DNA from: Cyanobacteria bacterium P01_A01_bin.123
GTDB taxonomy: Bacteria; Cyanobacteriota; Cyanobacteriia; Phormidesmidales; Phormidesmidaceae
Direction of reading: 5' to 3'
DNA: 54,698 nucleotides
Assembly (NCBI GenBank): GCA_039815185.1
Contig: JBCBZT010000049.1
Span: 1-54,698 of the forward strand
Shown here: positions 47,992-54,698 of the stretch, piece after piece
How the letters are laid out: every line of letters starts with the position of its first letter
Position numbering within the stretch: the first letter of the stretch is position 1
Made by a program: the position numbers and the translations under genes
The notes under the pieces: model-generated
Told to the model about the DNA's origin: nothing
Databases searched by the model: none
The model's input: the letters and a program-made list of their open reading frames with translations, nothing else

Positions 47992-48915
47992 GTGATGACT
48001 CGTTTTCGACGATTGCTTTATTCCGCTACCGCCAGTATCTATCGAGTTGGAAAGCTGGCCTTCCGAGGCATTCAAGTGATTAGACGACGTTTCCAGTCTC
48101 TGTTTACCTGGTTAGGGGCGGAGCTGGCTCGTCTATTGGCTTTGCTGCAGTTAGGCCGTATTTTCCGTCGTTTGGGGTTGCCCCTGTGGACATTTCTGGG
48201 CATTGGCATTTCCACGTGGTTGTTTGAAGGCATAGGCACTCTGGTTCAGCAAGGAATTGCCCACTTAATTGGTACTGCTGATACGCCTCTGGACTGGAAA
48301 GCCTATGTTCCGGCAGGCGCATTGCTGATACTGACCCTAGCCAGTATTGGTGGGATGGCTCTGTGGCATGGCAGCCGCCGTCGATTAGCAGCAGCAGGTA
48401 TGTTGAGTGCTCCTCTGCAGCAACCTACTGGGAAGCAAGAGTTAATTTTGCTGATCAGCAATCCAGAGAGCGCTATTTACGCCATTAACTATCACTTTTT
48501 GACTCACCAAACCTTAGAGCAGGTATGGTTGATTCCCTCCGATGACAGTGCCCGAGATGCCTTTGGCAAAAGCTCCCGAGATCGCATTCCAGAAATTCAG
48601 CAGCATTGTCAAACGTTGGTGGAACAGACCGGGCGATCGCTGCGGGTGGAAGTTCATTCCAACGGTGTTTCCCCAGCCGATGCTCAAGACACCTTCGATG
48701 CGGTCAATCGGATCTTTCGCCATAGCCCCTATTCAACTGAAGCCATCATTGCAGATTTCACGGGGGGGACTAAACCAATGTCAGCCGGGGTGATTATGGC
48801 TTGCTTACCTGCAGGCCGTGAGCTGCAATATGTTTCGTTCAATGGGGCAACTCAGACTTCCCATGGGCCTTTCCTAGTGGATTACCAATATAGTGCGTTT
48901 GACCTAGTGGGATGA
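47992..48915 (+). CDS. CRISPR-associated transmembrane + CARF-like protein (Cam1-like architecture)
   Basis: Two TM helices, then a Rossmann-like domain: LILLIS, VWLIPS, IIADFTGGTKPMS..., LQYVS. Confidence 0.75.
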   Translation: MMTRFRRLLYSATASIYRVGKLAFRGIQVIRRRFQSLFTWLGAELARLLALLQLGRIFRRLGLPLWTFLGIGISTWLFEGIGTLVQQGIAHLIGTADTPLDWKAYVPAGALLILTLASIGGMALWHGSRRRLAAAGMLSAPLQQPTGKQELILLISNPESAIYAINYHFLTHQTLEQVWLIPSDDSARDAFGKSSRDRIPEIQQHCQTLVEQTGRSLRVEVHSNGVSPADAQDTFDAVNRIFRHSPYSTEAIIADFTGGTKPMSAGVIMACLPAGRELQYVSFNGATQTSHGPFLVDYQYSAFDLVG

Positions 48916-48919
48916 GCAG

Positions 48920-49581
48920 ATGGCTTCCCTCAGAGATCGCTTCTTAGCGCCGATCAATTTTGAGTTGGCTTGGGACAAGGTTGCGTCAAACCGGGGTTGT
49001 GCTGGCGTGGATGGTGAAACCGTCACTGACTTTGGCTTGCGCAAAGCTGAGGCGTTAGCAGCCCTGCGTCATGCTGTGGCGACTGGCCAGTATCGCCCGA
49101 TGCCGCTCCGACAGCTGTTCATCCCAAAGAAAACGGGGGGCTGGCGGGAGCTGGAGGTGCCGATTCGGGAGGTGGAGCGGATTTTGGTGTTTATGTGTTT
49201 AGTTTGCTGCTGGCGGAGGGGTTGAATCCTTATTTAGGCAATTTGCATGGGGCGGAGCGGCAAAAGGCGTATTTGGCATTTGATTTGATGGAGGAGTTTC
49301 GATCGCCGGTTGTGGATTCGTTGGTGATGCGATTGGTGAATCAAAAGATCATTCGCCCGACGGATTTTACCTGGCCGAAGGCGAATCAGGGGGTTTATTT
49401 AACTGGGCCTGCGCGGCGAGTATTTCTGAAGCACTTTGAGCAACGCATTACAGAAAAGGTTTCGCATCCGGATGTGAAGGAGTCGATTACCTATCGACGG
49501 GTGATTCAATTACAAATTCAGTGTTATAAGCGGGCACTTTTGGGCAACCAACCCTATGAATCTTTTCAGCGGATTAGATGA
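48920..49581 (+). pseudogene. cas1: RT-Cas1 fusion gene with a large internal deletion and frameshift
   Basis: RT N-terminus (AWDKV.SNRG.AGVDG, YRP.PLR...IPKK.GGWREL.VP) joined out of frame to the Cas1 C-terminus (GLNPYLGNLH, LAFDLMEEFRSPVVD). Confidence 0.88.
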
Positions 49582-49856
49582 TGTTGGTGCTGGTGGTTTA
49601 TGACATTCCGGATGATAAACGTCGGACGAAGCTGGCGACGTTTTTGGAGGGATATGGACGGCGGGTACAGTATTCGGTGTTTGAGTGTTTTATGAGTTTG
49701 GCGGAGATGACGCAACTCTATGAGGCGCTTAAGCGGCGGGTAAAGTCTGATGAGGATAATGTCAGGCTGTATTGGATTACTCGGGATTCGTTTGAGAAGG
49801 CGTTGTCGATTGGGAGTCCGCCGCCGGAGGGGCCACCAAACTTTTATATTGTTTGA
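49578..49856 (+). CDS. cas2: CRISPR-associated endonuclease Cas2
   Basis: LVVYDIPDDKRR, GRRVQYSVFEC and DNVRLY motifs. Confidence 0.97.
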   Translation: MMLVLVVYDIPDDKRRTKLATFLEGYGRRVQYSVFECFMSLAEMTQLYEALKRRVKSDEDNVRLYWITRDSFEKALSIGSPPPEGPPNFYIV

Positions 49857-50076
49857 GGTTTTCTTGCGGGGTTACTAACGGTTTGGGTGTTGTATTGGCA
49901 CATGGGGTGGATCGGCTGAAACCCTTGTTTTCTCGTTCTGATGTGCCAAAGCCTGTTATGGCGGGGTGTTCGGGGAGTGGAGGGAGCTGTTGAGCGGGGT
50001 TAGCGCTGGGTAAATATGGTAATGTGCCAAATGAGGGGGTGAACCCCGCTCTATGTTTGGCTTCTAGGAAGTCGCA
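49857..50076 (+). promoter_or_regulatory. CRISPR leader
   Basis: Non-coding region between cas2 and the first repeat, with TTGGCACAT and two inverted copies ATGTGCCAA. Confidence 0.75.
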
Positions 50077-53000
50077 CCCAACCGAAGGGCTAAATTCGGA
50101 ATAGTTGGGAACTGGTCATGCAGCACGTAGGTAAAGGTTGATACCTTCACGTACGACCCCCAACCGAAGGGCTAAATTCGGAATAGTTGGAAACTTTTCT
50201 TGTTCGAGTTGTCTTAAAACCGCATTCGCATTCCGACCCAACCGAAGGGCTAAATTCGGAATAGTTGGAAACCAAAGCACTAAGCGAAGCATCCATGCCT
50301 GAATAGAAACACCAGCCCAACCGAAGGGCTAAATTCGGAATAGTTGGAAACCTTACCGAGAACAGCGCCTAACGCCTCAGCAACCGGGAGAGACCCAACC
50401 GAAGGGCTAAATTCGGAATAGTTGGAAACCTTAGTTCTGAGGTTTCATAGTAGTCTTCATCGACCAATTGCCCAACCGAAGGGCTAAATTCGGAATAGTT
50501 GGAAACTATTGGTCGGCTTTAGAGTTTGGCAATGCTTCTGCAAGATCCCAACCGAAGGGCTAAATTCGGAATAGTTGGAAACCAGACCAGTTTTCTAATA
50601 AATGAGCTAGTTGGCGGTAGCCCAACCGAAGGGCTAAATTCGGAATAGTTGGAAACTCCATGCGGACAACCAGTCGATTCAGCTCGTTACCGGACTCCCA
50701 ACCGAAGGGCTAAATTCGGAATAGTTGGAAACTATAATGACAACGCCATCTCCTAGGATTGCTTCCAACAACGCCCCAACCGAAGGGCTAAATTCGGAAT
50801 AGTTGGAAACGAAAACTCACACGCGCCAGTCAAAGGGGGCAAGAGGCAAAGCCCAACCGAAGGGCTAAATTCGGAATAGTTGGAAACTGTAAGGTTTCTG
50901 ATAACCGAGCTTCTTAGCAATGGCATCATACCCAACCGAAGGGCTAAATTCGGAATAGTTGGAAACCCTTTTCGGGGGCTTCTGTGGTTTCAACCAATGT
51001 AGCAGAATCCCAACCGAAGGGCTAAATTCGGAATAGTTGGAAACTTGTGAAACCTTGGCCTCTGGAACTGCTAGAATTCGTTCGAGAGTCCCAACCGAAG
51101 GGCTAAATTCGGAATAGTTGGAAACCCACCAGTCAAGGTGTCGTCGCCACCAGCAACGGGAGCATCACCCAACCGAAGGGCTAAATTCGGAATAGTTGGA
51201 AACTGATATTTGGAAGAGCGGTGCTAGGAACTAGTTGCTTTGCAGCCCAACCGAAGGGCTAAATTCGGAATAGTTGGAAACTATTGGGCGTTGTGATTTC
51301 AACAGTGAGATCGGTCCCCAACCGAAGGGCTAAATTCGGAATAGTTGGAAACCTTGTAGAGGCCAGTAAAGATCCAACTAACAAAGACAGAGCAACCCAC
51401 CCGAAGGGCTAAATTCGGAATAGTTGGAAACCCTTGGGCTGCGAACAGTTGCGAACCAGTGCCGAGCAACCCAACCGAAGGGCTAAATTCGGAATAGTTG
51501 GAAACCTGTCCTTCACCCAAACCTCACGACTGTCGGTCCCAGACCCCCAACCGAAGGGCTAAATTCGGAATAGTTGGAAACCAAAGCTAGGGTCATCAAA
51601 TACTGCCCCCACTTCGTAGGCCCAACCGAAGGGCTAAATTCGGAATAGTTGGAAACAGATTCTTAGCGGTGTTTTTTGATGGATTTCATTCGATCTCCCC
51701 AACCGAAGGGCTAAATTCGGAATAGTTGGAAACTGGTGGCAAAAAGAGAAACGGTAGCGATGGTGATGGAAGCCCCCAACCGAAGGGCTAAATTCGGAAT
51801 AGTTGGAAACCTTTCCTGATATATAGAGCGGCAGACTCAAAGAGAGAGTTCCCAACCGAAGGGCTAAATTCGGAATAGTTGGAAACGATAGTTATTGAAA
51901 GGTACCCAAGACCTTTCCAAAATAGATCCATCCCAACCGAAGGGCTAAATTCGGAATAGTTGGAAACCATCTGATCAATCTGTTCAACGGTGTACACACC
52001 TACGTACACGGCCCAACCGAAGGGCTAAATTCGGAATAGTTGGAAACCGCAGATTGCGCCTTAGCAAACCATGGATCGTCAGCACGGTTGGCCCAACCGA
52101 AGGGCTAAATTCGGAATAGTTGGAAACCAATTGAAACGATGCATGTGGTGCTACCTAACCAGTTTTTCGTCCCACCCGAAGGGCTAAATTCGGAATAGTT
52201 GGAAACTGCTGGCGTTGCTCCTGAGTCATGCTTTGCCATTGTTGCCCAACCGAAGGGCTAAATTCGGAATAGTTGGAAACTGCAAAAAGCCCAGCACACA
52301 TGAAGATCTTAACAGAAACGGCCCAACCGAAGGGCTAAATTCGGAATAGTTGGAAACTCCTCCAATTTTGGGGTATTGTGTGCAGTTAAACTAAAAGCGG
52401 ACCCCAACCGAAGGGCTAAATTCGGAATAGTTGGAAACTCGTCACTGAAGTCTGCACCGTACTTAGTTTTTTACTACGCCCCAACCGAAGGGCTAAATTC
52501 GGAATAGTTGGAAACAATCAGGGGGCGTAAAGCTCCCCTGGCTCCCATTGGTGCCGATGCCCAACCGAAGGGCTAAATTCGGAATAGTTGGAAACGAATC
52601 AAATAAAAACGTAACAGACTGCCCTTGAGCAATCACACCCAACCGAAGGGCTAAATTCGGAATAGTTGGAAACCAATAGGCCAGGCTTTTGCGTAATTAC
52701 CAGACTTGAGCACGACGCCCAACCGAAGGGCTAAATTCGGAATAGTTGGAAACGCGCCTGGATGGCGTGGTGGTTAGTAAACATGTTCTCGCCACCCCAA
52801 CCGAAGGGCTAAATTCGGAATAGTTGGAAACCAGATTCGACAACTCCGGTGTCCGGAGGAAGTTCCACCTGCCCAACCGAAGGGCTAAATTCGGAATAGT
52901 TGGAAACTAGGGTTAGACAACAAGAAGGCTAGAGCAACCATCGGGTCAACTCCCAACCGAAGGGCTAAATTCGGAATAGTTGGAAACCACCTCGCTTTTA

Positions 53001-54670
53001 ACGGTCCAGTCGATGATCTCTAGCCCCAACCGAAGGGCTAAATTCGGAATAGTTGGAAACATGCATGTGATCAATCATACCCCGTTCTTCACTGTCAGTG
53101 CCCCAACCGAAGGGCTAAATTCGGAATAGTTGGAAACTTCCGAGGCGCTTAGTGACAGTGACGGCATCAAGCTTCATCCCAACCGAAGGGCTAAATTCGG
53201 AATAGTTGGAAACTGGACAATACAGTGGTCTGAACATCAGCCGCCTTTAGCAAGACCCAACCGAAGGGCTAAATTCGGAATAGTTGGAAACTTTTTTTCT
53301 TGCTCTTCAGCAACCCATTGAGTAAAATGTGAAACCCAACCGAAGGGCTAAATTCGGAATAGTTGGAAACTAGCCGCGACAGTCACACCAGCACCAGCAA
53401 ACAGAACAGACCCAACCGAAGGGCTAAATTCGGAATAGTTGGAAACTCGTCGTCACATATGACAGAACCCGACGGATTCGTTTGCTCGAAGCCCAACCGA
53501 AGGGCTAAATTCGGAATAGTTGGAAACTTGTCAATCAGACGCTGTCTGTAGTCTCTTTGCTTCATGATTCCCAACCGAAGGGCTAAATTCGGAATAGTTG
53601 GAAACCAGCAAGCTCAGCAATGGGGCGGTTGAAACCAGAATTCAACCCAACCGAAGGGCTAAATTCGGAATAGTTGGAAACCTATTACGCCGAAAAACGT
53701 AAGCAGCCGCTGTAGAACCAAACCCAACCGAAGGGCTAAATTCGGAATAGTTGGAAACATCGGAGATCCGCTGAGACTGATAACATGAATTTCAATGATG
53801 CCCAACCGAAGGGCTAAATTCGGAATAGTTGGAAACAAACCTACGCTGACGATTAGCGCAAGAAAACAACATCCGGCCCCAACCGAAGGGCTAAATTCGA
53901 AATAGTTGGAAACTCAGAAATGGGAGTTTTTCGGCCTGTCCCAATAAAGGATACACCCAACCGAAGGGCTAAATTCGGAATAGTTGGAAACTCAAGCTCA
54001 GCTGCGCTAAGGCAAGATATTTCCGCTGTTGCCCAACCGAAGGGCTAAATTCGGAATAGTTGGAAACATACACGCATTACACGCGTTGGTTCCAATGATT
54101 GCGCCCGCCCCAACCGAAGGGCTAAATTCGGAATAGTTGGAAACTTCCGAGGTCTAAACCTCCGAAGAACGCTCTCGACTGTTGGGAAACCCAACCGAAG
54201 GGCTAAATTCGGAATAGTTGGAAACACAAACCCTGTAGAGGGGTTATAGGTGAGTGCATTGTATGCCCAACCGAAGGGCTAAATTCGGAATAGTTGGAAA
54301 CAAATCATGGTGCAGCAAGGTTCCGAGCCCGGTCGCTTTGATCTTGCCCAACCGAAGGGTTAATTTCGGAATAGTTGGAAACTGATTTAATTTTGCTATT
54401 TTAATACAATCTTTAAACCCCTACCGAAGGGTTAATTTCGGAATAGTTGGAAACCTTTGATTTCTGCCCAGCTACCACGGAATAGCCGATAACCTACCGA
54501 AGGGTTAATTTCGGAATAGTTGGAAACAAGTTGTTGAACGTATTGTACAAATTGAAGGAGAACCTACCGAAGGGTTAATTTCGGAATAGTTGGAAACTCG
54601 ACCTCGCTGTTATCCTGTTCAACTTTGGGAAAGTTCCTACCGAAGGGTTAATTTCGGAATAGTTGGAAAC
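50077..54670 (+). CRISPR. CRISPR array of about 60 repeats (36 bp), probably continuing past the window
   Basis: Consensus CCCAACCGAAGGGCTAAATTCGGAATAGTTGGAAAC with a CCGAA/TTCGG stem; spacers about 34-46 bp; variant repeat from 54347. Confidence 0.99.
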
Positions 54671-54698
54671 TATTGAAGCAGTTTACCAAAGTTTTATC

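Noticed and set aside
48920..49225. RT fragment as the missing DGR reverse transcriptase
   Set aside because: It is only about 80 aa of RT N-terminus without the catalytic core, and it is joined to a cas1 remnant upstream of cas2, so it is an RT-Cas1 relic.
50753..54227. Short ORFs in the track within the array
   Set aside because: They are translations of CRISPR repeats and spacers (FPTIPNLALRLG, PNRRAKFGIVGN).
50113..54698. Spacers self-targeting the adjacent virus-like element
   Set aside because: No convincing match was seen by eye. An alignment is needed to exclude partial matches.

Overview
Cyanobacterial chromosome segment (abundant GCGATCGC/HIP1 sites, PEP-CTERM gene, Uma2 nuclease). 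1-1807 is the right end of a mobile island: the 3' end of a group IIC intron, an IS903-group IS5 element with a 9-bp target duplication, and a 3' fragment of tRNA-Arg(CCU). 2100-18130 is mostly ordinary host genes. From tRNA-Cys (18187-18257) onward there is a composite accessory region. It begins with a tyrosine integrase and a Trypco1/trypsin-VMAP/MoxR/vWA ternary conflict system ending in three FGE-sulfatase (C-type-lectin fold) genes. The 3' ends of those three genes carry a clear diversity-generating-retroelement (DGR) variable-repeat signature, but no template repeat, avd or DGR RT is in the window. A structured remnant after the first of them suggests a collapsed DGR cassette. Next is a small virus-like module (xis, primase/Rep, Cro-like HTH, putative structural genes) with no recognisable terminase, portal or HK97 capsid. 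Last is a cas6-less type III-B variant CRISPR-Cas locus with a TM-CARF gene, an internally deleted RT-cas1, cas2 and an array of about 60 repeats that switches repeat sequence near the window end. All family assignments come from motif recognition by eye, not database searches.
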